A stretch of DNA of 64,000 nt. It comes from a virus. The stretch covers positions 5,894-69,893 of IMG/VR virus record IMGVR_UViG_3300012211_000003, one strand, 5' to 3'. Below are positions 45,568 to 53,475 of the stretch, in pieces. The position numbers and the translations under genes were made by a program. Every line of letters begins with the position of its first letter. The first letter of the stretch is position 1. The notes under the pieces were generated by a model. The model was given only the letters and a program-made list of their open reading frames with translations. It did no database searches and was not told the DNA's origin.

Positions 45568-45819
45568 AACAGGGGGCTGGCTAACCTAGACCGCGTGGCA
45601 ATGCGTAGACCGTACCAAGTAATCGAAATCGGACTCCGCTGGCGAATCGTAAGTCCAGCCGGGTCCAAGCGCTGCGCAAAGCTCCTGCGCCTCAATCTCT
45701 GACTGCGTGGTCATCTTCAGGACGCGGTTACAGAATATCTCGTATGTGTTCATGGTCAATCTCCTTGTGGTTATATTATCGGCTGGGGTGAGCGGGACTT
45801 TAGGCCCCGCTCGGATTTG

Positions 45820-46236
45820 TTACTCAATCACGATAATCTTTTCTCGCGGCACCATTGAAGCAAGTTCTTCTATCGGATCACGATGCTCAACCGAAAACGG
45901 CACGGCTTCCAGTTCGTGGTATTCGCCGAATCGTTTGCCCATGTCTGCAACAAACCAGTCAACAATCTCGGTAGTTTTCTCGCGGTCGCCCTTTAGCTCC
46001 TCAAGCCTTTGCTCAAGATTGCGGCACATTTCAAGGCATTTGGCGTTAGTCGTCCACGGCAACTGCTTATTGATCTCGGGGCGTACTTCCCCTAATGCTC
46101 GGGGCAACTGATGGGTAAACAGATCATCACCTGTCATATAATTCAAAATCTTATAGACGTTTTTCATTCGCGGTTCCGGCGCTAATAGAAAACCGGCTGT
46201 GACGCTCAAGACTGTGCCAATGTGAAACTTCTCCAT
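45820..46236 (-). CDS. Conserved phage hypothetical protein
   Basis: AAGGAG SD; FHIGTVLSVTAG.L...YKILNYMTGDDLFTHQLPR. Confidence 0.75.
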   Translation of the reverse strand: MEKFHIGTVLSVTAGFLLAPEPRMKNVYKILNYMTGDDLFTHQLPRALGEVRPEINKQLPWTTNAKCLEMCRNLEQRLEELKGDREKTTEIVDWFVADMGKRFGEYHELEAVPFSVEHRDPIEELASMVPREKIIVIE

Positions 46237-46247
46237 GCGAATCTCCT

Positions 46248-46469
46248 TTATCGAATTGTGATTTGATTCTCCGCAACAAGGACCAATCTCCCTGCGGCAA
46301 ATAACGATTGCTTCAGCCCGTCCGCAACCTGGGCGACGGTCGCCCCTTGGCAGAAGCGCGTATAAACCGGCGTGACATAGCGGTCCATCTCGCGCGCCTG
46401 GGATAGCGTGAGCCCGAGGTCGTTGTAGAGCGCGACGGATAACAGTGCGGTGAATGTGACGTAGTTCAT
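46248..46469 (-). CDS. Hypothetical protein
   Basis: AAGGAG SD; TAATG overlap. Confidence 0.6.
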   Translation of the reverse strand: MNYVTFTALLSVALYNDLGLTLSQAREMDRYVTPVYTRFCQGATVAQVADGLKQSLFAAGRLVLVAENQITIR

Positions 46470-46768
46470 TATGCGGACTCCTTTCTCAGAAGCTCGATAT
46501 ATCCGATGTCGTTAAGATTAACCTGTGCGTACGTGCGGGCATATCCGCTGTCGCTGTTTGACAGGCTAAAGGTATATCCGCGATCATCGATCACACCGCT
46601 GATTGGCCGCGCGCCTTCGTGAATGTGATTATTCTTTTTATCAAAGATTGCGGCGATAAATTGGCAGTTCTGCCTTGCGGGCTCAAACATAAAGCTGCGC
46701 ATTACCTTGCTGATCTCTGCCGGGCCTGTGATTCGATCAAAAGAATTATTGCTATATGGGTTAATCAT
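46469..46768 (-). CDS. Hypothetical protein
   Basis: GAGG SD. Confidence 0.6.
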   Translation of the reverse strand: MINPYSNNSFDRITGPAEISKVMRSFMFEPARQNCQFIAAIFDKKNNHIHEGARPISGVIDDRGYTFSLSNSDSGYARTYAQVNLNDIGYIELLRKESA

Positions 46769-46769
46769 A

Positions 46770-46967
46770 CTATTTCCTCTCCTTCTTCGGTGCGCCCATC
46801 ACGGGCTTGTACTGCTCCAGCCTGAGCGCGTCTGCGTCTGACAGGACCGCCGTGTTGCCTACCATGAACTCGGGTGTGATCCCAAGCGCAATGTAGCGCT
46901 TACGGAGCGTTACGTAAGCGATGCCGGTACGACGGGAAATGGCTACGAGGGTGTTGTTTGGGTTCAT
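46770..46967 (-). CDS. Small HTH-like protein
   Basis: AAGGAG SD; LVAISRRTGIAYVTLRKR. Confidence 0.55.
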   Translation of the reverse strand: MNPNNTLVAISRRTGIAYVTLRKRYIALGITPEFMVGNTAVLSDADALRLEQYKPVMGAPKKERK

Positions 46968-47181
46968 GGGCGCTCCTTCACGAGAGCAAAATCGGGCATT
47001 CCATAGCGCTTACCCGTGGCTGTGTCGACTGCGTGAGCAGCGCTCTCTTTACGCCAAATTCTCGTATCGCCTAACCGGATGAACAGCGCGCTTTTTGTCA
47101 GTTGCCAATAGTTGATGACCATCTCAATTTCCTTATCTCTGCGGTTACTCGGTCGGGGCTTCGTGGTCCCCGACCTACTGG

Positions 47182-47466
47182 TTAGGATTGCGGGTTGGTA
47201 AATGGATCGGCTTCCCGGTTCAGTTTTGCAAGCTGACGATTAATCTTCGTGCGCATATCCAGCAACTCATTGATTGCCAGTTGGGGCAGTACCTCGTCAA
47301 AGCCCTTCAGGTTCAAATCTCGACGTAACTCCAATCCTGTTAGCCGCGCGCGTTCAGCAACGGGCAACTCGCTCCACGTTGTCCAGCCTGGGCCGTGACC
47401 CGGAATTGCTTTAGCTTCGGCATCTTCGTAAACCTTTTTCGCACGTCCTGTGTAGTTGATTGCCAT
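47182..47466 (-). CDS. Hypothetical early protein
   Basis: AAGGAG SD; first gene after the leftward promoter. Confidence 0.65.
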   Translation of the reverse strand: MAINYTGRAKKVYEDAEAKAIPGHGPGWTTWSELPVAERARLTGLELRRDLNLKGFDEVLPQLAINELLDMRTKINRQLAKLNREADPFTNPQS

Positions 47467-47499
47467 CGTCTTTCTCCTTCATTCTCTTGACTGAAAGAG

Positions 47500-47586
47500 A
47501 GTGTAGGCTATATTACTTTACAGTGTCAAGCGAATAATTCAACTACCAAAGAAAAGATTGACTTTGTAAAGAGATTAGATTATAAG
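47500..47586. promoter_or_regulatory. Second divergent promoter pair with inverted operator-like boxes
   Basis: Minus strand TTGACA(47529)-18-TACACT; plus strand TTGACT(47558)-17-TATAAG; shared box TTGACWYTGTAAAG. Confidence 0.75.
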
Positions 47587-47592
47587 AGTGAC

Positions 47593-47793
47593 GTGGAACC
47601 GAATGATTTAGTCAGTCAATCCGAAGCAGCAAAGCGATTAGTCGTTTCGCGTCAGGTTATTAGCGAGCGGCTAAAGGCTGGCACGTTAACACCTTACAAG
47701 GATGGCTTTGGCATTGTTCGCGTTTCCTGGGCTGAAGTGTGCGAGTATCAGCCGCGTAAATCTGGCAGGCCAAAGAAAGCGGAGGTCGCGTGA
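47593..47793 (+). CDS. Excisionase/MerR-like HTH DNA-binding protein
   Basis: LVSQSEAAKRLVVSRQVISERLKAGTL; C-terminal GRPK. Confidence 0.75.
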   Translation: MEPNDLVSQSEAAKRLVVSRQVISERLKAGTLTPYKDGFGIVRVSWAEVCEYQPRKSGRPKKAEVA

Positions 47794-47999
47794 AGCACCA
47801 CCACCGCAGCTCGACAATCGACCACTCGGACTATGATCCGGTCAAACGCGTTCTCTCGATCAAATTCCATTCGGGTGATACGATTTATCAGTATCGCGAT
47901 GTCCCGATGTCGGTCGTCAATGAGTTTCAGAAAGCGAAGTCTGCGGGTAAGTTCTTTCATTCCAATATTAAGACAGCGTACAAGACAACGAAACTGTAA
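47790..47999 (+). CDS. KTSC domain protein
   Basis: SSTI....YD.....L.IKFHSG..YQYRDVP......F..A.SAGKFFHSNIK. Confidence 0.9.
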   Translation: MKHHHRSSTIDHSDYDPVKRVLSIKFHSGDTIYQYRDVPMSVVNEFQKAKSAGKFFHSNIKTAYKTTKL

Positions 48000-48019
48000 C
48001 TGTGTTAAAATGACCCATT

Positions 48020-48481
48020 ATGAGCTCTGCTTTACAGAAACCTAACAGAATTTTGCCACCACAAATCTGGAAACCCGGTCAATCGGGTAATCCCGCTGGT
48101 GGCGGTCGAAAACCCTCGCTCATAACTGCGCTATATAAAGAGCTTGCGAAACCGGGCAAATCTCTCAAGACGCAGAACGATGAAGTAGCGGCAGAGATTG
48201 TTCGCCTTGCTCTCGAGGGAAAATCAGAAGACACCAGGGTCAAGGCGATCACTGAGATATTCAATCGGCTGCACGGTCGACCGCACCAATCGATTGCCGT
48301 TACATCGACCAATGATGAGGAATTCCAGAATATGGTTCAGTTGTTCATCAACGAGTGTCAGCGGATGGGACTCGAATCGAATACCGAGGATGCAGAGGTC
48401 TATCTGAGCGAGACCGTGATCGAGGTTCAGGCTGAGAGTGTGAGCGAGACAAAGGAGCCAGATGAGCAAGCCGATAAATGA
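48020..48481 (+). CDS. DUF5681-type protein, probable terminase small subunit
   Basis: WKPGQSGNPAG; AITEIFNRLHGRPHQ. Confidence 0.7.
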   Translation: MSSALQKPNRILPPQIWKPGQSGNPAGGGRKPSLITALYKELAKPGKSLKTQNDEVAAEIVRLALEGKSEDTRVKAITEIFNRLHGRPHQSIAVTSTNDEEFQNMVQLFINECQRMGLESNTEDAEVYLSETVIEVQAESVSETKEPDEQADK

Positions 48482-48752
48482 ATACATCGATATGCTGAGC
48501 CGACAGATTGATAGCCTCCGTTCTCAAAAAGTTGTCGATTGGGAGCTCGTGCATCAATTAGATGCCCAGAGAGCGCTCGCACAAGAGTTGATCTTCAAAG
48601 AGGCGGCTGTATCCACGCTGGTGAGTCCGATCACTCTGAAATCCGGTGAACAATTGCTGAAGATGCGAACCGACCAGATAAACGGGATGGTGCCAATCAT
48701 CTTGCGACGAGTGCCTTGGACAGAACTACTCGATCAATTTCCGGAGAAATAG
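48462..48752 (+). CDS. Hypothetical protein
   Basis: AAGGAG SD. Confidence 0.6.
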   Translation: MSKPINEYIDMLSRQIDSLRSQKVVDWELVHQLDAQRALAQELIFKEAAVSTLVSPITLKSGEQLLKMRTDQINGMVPIILRRVPWTELLDQFPEK

Positions 48753-48754
48753 CC

Positions 48755-49426
48755 GTGTATGATCGCAACTCCTGGGCATCACACCCTAACGGCAAAGGAT
48801 TCGTCCAGTATGAGACGGAGATCAACCGTGACTGCGTTTTAAAGACCCCGGCAATGGTTTGGGCTGGTACAGAGATTCACGGACCAGCCTGGGTCACTGG
48901 GAAGACTCAGTTCAAGGGTGACAATCACGTCCTCGACCTGCCGTCAATCCACAACTCCATAATTGAGGGTCGAAACATCATTTCTGGACACGCAACCGTC
49001 AATAACAGCCAAATCAGCGGTGAATGCGTAAATTCAGGGCTCACAATTGCCGAGCATTGCGTGTTTACCGGGCAGGTAAGGCTAAGGGATAGGGCAATTT
49101 GCCAGCATGTTCAAGCTTCTGGGCTGTCGATCATTGGTGGAGATGCGATTATCCGAGACTGTGTATTAGAGCCTGGCGTGATAATTCTCAGCGGACTTTG
49201 GTATCGGTCGCCTCGTGTTGTTCGCCTTGGCTGGATAACCGTGGTCGAAGGGAAGAATAATCGGGTTGCGCTTGATTGCGAGATGCGACCGGCGAAAGTC
49301 TGGCTGGAGAAAGGGCCGGCGATCGGCGTTCAAAAAGGAATGACCGAGCTTGAGGTTGATCAGATTAGGCAGGCGATTTTGTACTGCATAGGTGAACGCG
49401 AGAAACCACAGACGGAGGCTGCGTGA
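48755..49426 (+). CDS. Left-handed beta-helix (hexapeptide-repeat) protein
   Basis: HPNG.GFV start and repeated I.G.A.V/I units; GGAG then GTG at 48755. Confidence 0.6.
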   Translation: MYDRNSWASHPNGKGFVQYETEINRDCVLKTPAMVWAGTEIHGPAWVTGKTQFKGDNHVLDLPSIHNSIIEGRNIISGHATVNNSQISGECVNSGLTIAEHCVFTGQVRLRDRAICQHVQASGLSIIGGDAIIRDCVLEPGVIILSGLWYRSPRVVRLGWITVVEGKNNRVALDCEMRPAKVWLEKGPAIGVQKGMTELEVDQIRQAILYCIGEREKPQTEAA

Positions 49427-49716
49427 TGTACCTTCAATGTCCATTTTGTCATCAGAGAGTTGACGAGGCTAAAGAGTTTCACGCCTGTACTGAATGTCCA
49501 GAGGACCAGGTATTCTTTCTGGCAATGCAGGAGATCAAAGAGGAAGACAATTGGGTACCTGACGAGCTCCCATTGGACGTCAACATGGAACCTTACGCCA
49601 AGCACGCTGTTTGCTGCATTTGTAAATCTGCGATGACGTTTACCATCGCTGAGCCCAATACGTCTTATATCTGCGCCAGTTGTCGGCAAAGGGCCAGTAA
49701 GTTCTGGGAGGAATAA
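49423..49716 (+). CDS. Double Zn-finger protein
   Basis: Four CxxC motifs; GGAGG SD. Confidence 0.6.
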   Translation: MMYLQCPFCHQRVDEAKEFHACTECPEDQVFFLAMQEIKEEDNWVPDELPLDVNMEPYAKHAVCCICKSAMTFTIAEPNTSYICASCRQRASKFWEE

Positions 49717-50045
49717 TGAGCGACAGCAACGAACTTGTCCGAATCCACGAAGCTGAGATCGTCGAGGATATGCCGTACATTCCTCCGAGTCCCGGCAACA
49801 ACTCCTACGAGCAGCCTGGCGTTGGGCTTCAATTCGCCGACCTGAGATTCGAAGGTCGTCCGCGCCACAAATCAGACGAACTGCGTCGAGAAGAGCGTCA
49901 CAAAGCAAAGTGCGAGGATGCGGCGATGGTCAGAGAGCGGAAGATCGCGGTTCAGTCATCTTATCGCAACAAGCAAAATCCGATGGTTGAATTTTATAAC
50001 GATTTGATTGAGAAGCTGGCGGTTGAAATCGAGGAAAGCGAATAA
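49716..50045 (+). CDS. Hypothetical protein
   Basis: GGAGG SD; TAATG overlap. Confidence 0.6.
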   Translation: MSDSNELVRIHEAEIVEDMPYIPPSPGNNSYEQPGVGLQFADLRFEGRPRHKSDELRREERHKAKCEDAAMVRERKIAVQSSYRNKQNPMVEFYNDLIEKLAVEIEESE

Positions 50046-50069
50046 AAAGGGCGGCACACTCGGCCGCCC
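50043..50069 (-). terminator. Intrinsic terminator between convergent units
   Basis: GGGCGGC/GCCGCCC stem preceded by AAAAA. Confidence 0.6.
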
Positions 50070-50096
50070 AGTCTAGAAACCCCGTTCGAAAATTGA

Positions 50097-50345
50097 TTAC
50101 GCAGTCGGTGCCGGTACCGGCTGATCCGGAATGATATTGCTGACCTTTGCCAGAATCGAATCGATGCTGGTATTGAGTCCGTCCAGATCCGCTGGTGTTG
50201 CGCCGCCCTGTTGAGCCAGTAATGCCGCAATCTGCGCTTTCAGGTCAACTACTTCCTGAAGAACAACGGCTGCCTGATCGTGTTCGGCATCGACCGCTGT
50301 TGTAAGTGCCTCTAGTCTGGCTTTTGTCTCTTCCAATGTCGCCAT
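50097..50345 (-). CDS. Ala/Leu-rich coiled-coil protein
   Basis: AGGAG SD before MATLEET; may also start further upstream in frame. Confidence 0.6.
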   Translation of the reverse strand: MATLEETKARLEALTTAVDAEHDQAAVVLQEVVDLKAQIAALLAQQGGATPADLDGLNTSIDSILAKVSNIIPDQPVPAPTA

Positions 50346-50482
50346 AATTCGCTCTCCTTGTGTCTTGATTGAAGCTTCAATTCGGTCCAGACGCTCGTTG
50401 TCGGAGCCATCATGGACGTACAAATGAATATTAACGTTAATTGTCACAGCGCGATAATAGAACAATCTCGGGCCGGTTTCAA

Positions 50483-50647
50483 TCAAAAGCTCATAAACTT
50501 GAGCATCAACAAAGACACAAATAGCGCAAGCCCACCGCCATAGCCCCAAACTCGTACGTTATTGTAAACTCCGTACACTCCACCAAAGCAGCCGACAGCC
50601 GTGAAACAGAGCCAGATTATCAGGATAATTGGATTAGAACCGTGCAT
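50483..50647 (-). CDS. Small two-TM membrane protein
   Basis: GAGGT SD; hydrophobic, with WGYGGG. Confidence 0.55.
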   Translation of the reverse strand: MHGSNPIILIIWLCFTAVGCFGGVYGVYNNVRVWGYGGGLALFVSLLMLKFMSF

Positions 50648-50748
50648 TTTGTTCACCTCGGGATCATTAGTGCAAATGGTGTGCAAGTGTAAGGAAAGCC
50701 CGCTTATGTTAAACAATCGTAAGGAAAGAAATGGGGCGATTTCTTTGC

Positions 50749-50964
50749 TTAATTCCCAGAGAATGCGGACTGAATTGGCGGTGGCCCGTAGTTCGCCTGC
50801 GTAACTCGACTCATTATGTGAGCTACCATCCTAATGCCGCCTCGGACTTCGTTTAAGATCACAAAGGCACACTGATTTGGATAACAATAATAATCGCCGC
50901 CGACGCACACGACCGTATCGTCGAGTTCTGCGTTCCGGCCGCAGGATTTGCAGATTATTTTCAT
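50749..50964 (-). CDS. Small Cys-rich protein
   Basis: CKSC...C....C. Confidence 0.45.
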   Translation of the reverse strand: MKIICKSCGRNAELDDTVVCVGGDYYCYPNQCAFVILNEVRGGIRMVAHIMSRVTQANYGPPPIQSAFSGN

Positions 50965-51068
50965 AAATTAACCCCGGCGTTCTATTGTCAGCCAATTCAA
51001 CTAGCACAAGCGGATTGGTTACCGCCCAGGCGCAGGGAGGCAGTCTGCATTTCCGGGGAACCGTGTCC

Positions 51069-51398
51069 TTACGCTTCTGGCGGTAAGGACTCTTCAGTGC
51101 CAGCAAATAATCGCGCACCTGTCATTACCTCGCAGGTATGCTTTTCTTGCTGCTGGAACGACCATTTGATCACGTCTTTTAACGCCTTGCGTTGCTCCTT
51201 GTCGGGGGTTGACCCATCAATGATAGTCAGGACCTTGCCAAGTAGGAACTTTGTTTGTGATTGATAACAGCGAAAAGCCGCATCACGCTCCTGCTGCTGT
51301 AATGCCTTGATGTTTTCGATGGATGCCCCTTGGGTGGCAAGCACATGAAAGGGTGTTTCGGGCAGAAGGTTGGACGATACTGCGCATTGATCTGACAT
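51069..51398 (-). CDS. Conserved hypothetical protein
   Basis: GGAG SD; LLGKVLTIIDGS.PDKEQRKALKDVIK. Confidence 0.65.
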   Translation of the reverse strand: MSDQCAVSSNLLPETPFHVLATQGASIENIKALQQQERDAAFRCYQSQTKFLLGKVLTIIDGSTPDKEQRKALKDVIKWSFQQQEKHTCEVMTGARLFAGTEESLPPEA

Positions 51399-51460
51399 AA
51401 CTTTTCTCCATAACTGAACTTGACTTGCCCCGAAGGGCGACAGGCGCATATTATCACAGA

Positions 51461-51685
51461 ATGAGCCACGCGCAAATCATCGGACCTCAGCCTAAAGCTT
51501 TCAACCCGGCAAACTCCAACAGTTGCGCTTATTGTCAAGCGATCCTGGCGTACACCTTAGATGGCAAGAACTATGGACTGCTGGGTATCCAGGCGATCTA
51601 CGAAGCTCAAGAGGCGTGCGAGAACCGATCCGGTGTCAAACTGGTGAACGTCCGCAAAAAACCGGGTGCGTTGTTCGCAAAATAG
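51461..51685 (+). CDS. Hypothetical protein, probably leaderless
   Basis: TATTAT lies 6 nt before ATG 51461. Confidence 0.5.
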   Translation: MSHAQIIGPQPKAFNPANSNSCAYCQAILAYTLDGKNYGLLGIQAIYEAQEACENRSGVKLVNVRKKPGALFAK

Positions 51686-51687
51686 GT

Positions 51688-51808
51688 TATAATGCAGCCA
51701 TCGCGCCTTCTGACTTCGCGAGAGTCGGTTGGAAATCTGAGTTAGTCGGTGATTGCTTTCCTCCAATCGCGGTCACCGGCTGGCTCGAAATTGATTGGAG
51801 GATTCACG
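51688..51808 (+). promoter_or_regulatory. -10 box plus leader with an anti-SD pseudoknot
   Basis: TATAAT at 51688; 18-bp stem 51739-51756/51769-51786 whose loop is complementary to GATTGGAGGA at 51793-51802. Confidence 0.65.
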
Positions 51809-52807
51809 ATGATTTCTATTTTCAACGGTAAGAGCCGTAATCTCGGCAAAGGCCTCAGGCAGGATGTATTCATTCAGGTATCAGTTGAGCTGCGGAAGCA
51901 TCTGCACCTGCTGAAAGGGGCAAGGCTGGGCGTCCTGATGTGTATTTCGCTGCATTCAGACCCAGAGGGATGGGCGTTTCCAAGCGTCGATACCATCAAA
52001 CGCGAGACCGGCTACAACGAGCACACGATTCATAAAGCGTTAGATGATCTATGCAAGTTGATCCTTGACGGTTCGCGGATTCTCCTACGCCACCAGAGGG
52101 TAAATATCGAAAGAGGCTATTTTGAATCGAATCGATACCTGCTCTTTCCGTCCCCTGAAGAAATAGAAAAATGGGAGAAGAAGTCCGCTAATCCGACTGC
52201 ACAAAATGTGCATACGGTCGAACCGTGTGCTAGTTTCCCGCAGTCGGTAAAACCGCATGCGGTAAATGTGCATACTAACAAGAACCAACTTCTTAACCAG
52301 AACCATGATAAACAAGAACCATTGAAGAGTAAGAGCGCTACGCGCATGTCAAATCCTTCGGATTCTGACGTTTTTGCTCGCGCGCTTTCAGATATTTTCG
52401 ATTATTGGAAGGTTGCAACGGGACATACGAAGGCGAAACTTAAGGGAAGACGGGAGCGAGCGGTAAGGGCTCGTCTGAAGGACGGGTTCACGGTCCACCA
52501 GATCAAACTAGCAATCGAGGGGTGCCTTGATTCTCCGTTTCACGCCGGGGATAACCCCACAAGCCGGGTCTATGACGATCTTGAACTAATCTGCCGCGAT
52601 GCCGCAAAACTTGAACCGCTCATGCGAAGCCGAATTGCTTCAGTTGAGGACAAATGGACGACTGGGTGCTGCAAGGCAGAGAGACGACTATTTGATGCGA
52701 AATGCGTAGAATGCGGAGCTCAGAGCGATTTCAGCGGACTGCACGATCAATGGCTCCAGGCGCACGTCAAGAGCTACGGACGAGTTGAGGACGTTGCCTG
52801 TGCCTAA
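51809..52807 (+). CDS. Second replication-initiator-like HTH protein
   Basis: LMCISLHSD..GWAFPSVDTIKRETGY...IHKALDDL, SNRY; 15-bp-period repeats; C-terminal IFDYWK...ARLKDGFT..QIKLAI. Confidence 0.75.
   Translation: MISIFNGKSRNLGKGLRQDVFIQVSVELRKHLHLLKGARLGVLMCISLHSDPEGWAFPSVDTIKRETGYNEHTIHKALDDLCKLILDGSRILLRHQRVNIERGYFESNRYLLFPSPEEIEKWEKKSANPTAQNVHTVEPCASFPQSVKPHAVNVHTNKNQLLNQNHDKQEPLKSKSATRMSNPSDSDVFARALSDIFDYWKVATGHTKAKLKGRRERAVRARLKDGFTVHQIKLAIEGCLDSPFHAGDNPTSRVYDDLELICRDAAKLEPLMRSRIASVEDKWTTGCCKAERRLFDAKCVECGAQSDFSGLHDQWLQAHVKSYGRVEDVACA
52193..52282 (+). repeat. Six degenerate 15-bp-period units (CCG....CGG-type palindromes, AAATGTGCATAC twice): origin-like
   Basis: ccgactgcacaaaat / gtgcatacggtcgaa / ccgtgtgctagtttc / ccgcagtcggtaaaa / ccgcatgcggtaaat / gtgcatactaacaag. 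Confidence 0.6.
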
Positions 52808-53021
52808 CCTCGGCAAGATAACCCACAGGTCCCCACCCTGGCTCAACCGTCACCGCGTCGAATACCGGATACGTGACGCTGAGATCGACGGTGACGAGTG
52901 GCGAGAATACTACAAGGCGAACCTGTTGAAGAAACTCACAGCGGCACAGCCGGACAACGTAGCGAGGAAACTTGAGAAGGAATTGAAGAGACTGGAGCCG
53001 AAGAGAAGAAAGAAACGGTAG
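52785..53021 (+). CDS. Basic hypothetical protein
   Basis: ORF overlapping the end of the upstream gene; start uncertain. Confidence 0.45.
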   Translation: MRTLPVPNLGKITHRSPPWLNRHRVEYRIRDAEIDGDEWREYYKANLLKKLTAAQPDNVARKLEKELKRLEPKRRKKR

Positions 53022-53140
53022 ACTCGACTCCCGAAAGGCAGGTGCGGCGTGAAACCAATATTCTTCGGTGTCTCTGTACTGTTGATCCAGTGGGCGATCC
53101 GGTTGATCTGGGTCACGTGGAAGATGAGAAAGGCGGGAAT

Positions 53141-53440
53141 GTGAACGAGAGCGAAAAGGCAGAGCGGTGGAATCGATCAATTGAGAGCGACGTCAACACA
53201 CGCGGCACCTATGTGCCGAGCAAAGCCCTGGGCAGCTATCTGGCAGGTGATCACGAGGACTGCCTGCACGGCTGCGACGAGCGGACAGGGATTCAATTAA
53301 CCCAAATCGAAGCGCAGTTAGTCAGCGAGGCTCTTTGCGCCTATCGCGATGAGATCAATGAACGCTTACAACCGGAGTTCAAGGCGTTGCGAAACAAGAT
53401 AGACATCATCGTAATCGAGAATGCGATGGCAAGCCGGTGA
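53141..53440 (+). CDS. Hypothetical protein
   Basis: GTG at 53141 after a purine-rich tract. Confidence 0.5.
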   Translation: MNESEKAERWNRSIESDVNTRGTYVPSKALGSYLAGDHEDCLHGCDERTGIQLTQIEAQLVSEALCAYRDEINERLQPEFKALRNKIDIIVIENAMASR

Positions 53441-53475
53441 CCGTAAATCCAGCATAACTGTGTTATCATCCCCGC

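Noticed and set aside
47593-47793. Excisionase implying an integrated prophage
   Set aside because: No integrase, att-like repeat or host gene is visible. This HTH class often acts simply as a regulator.
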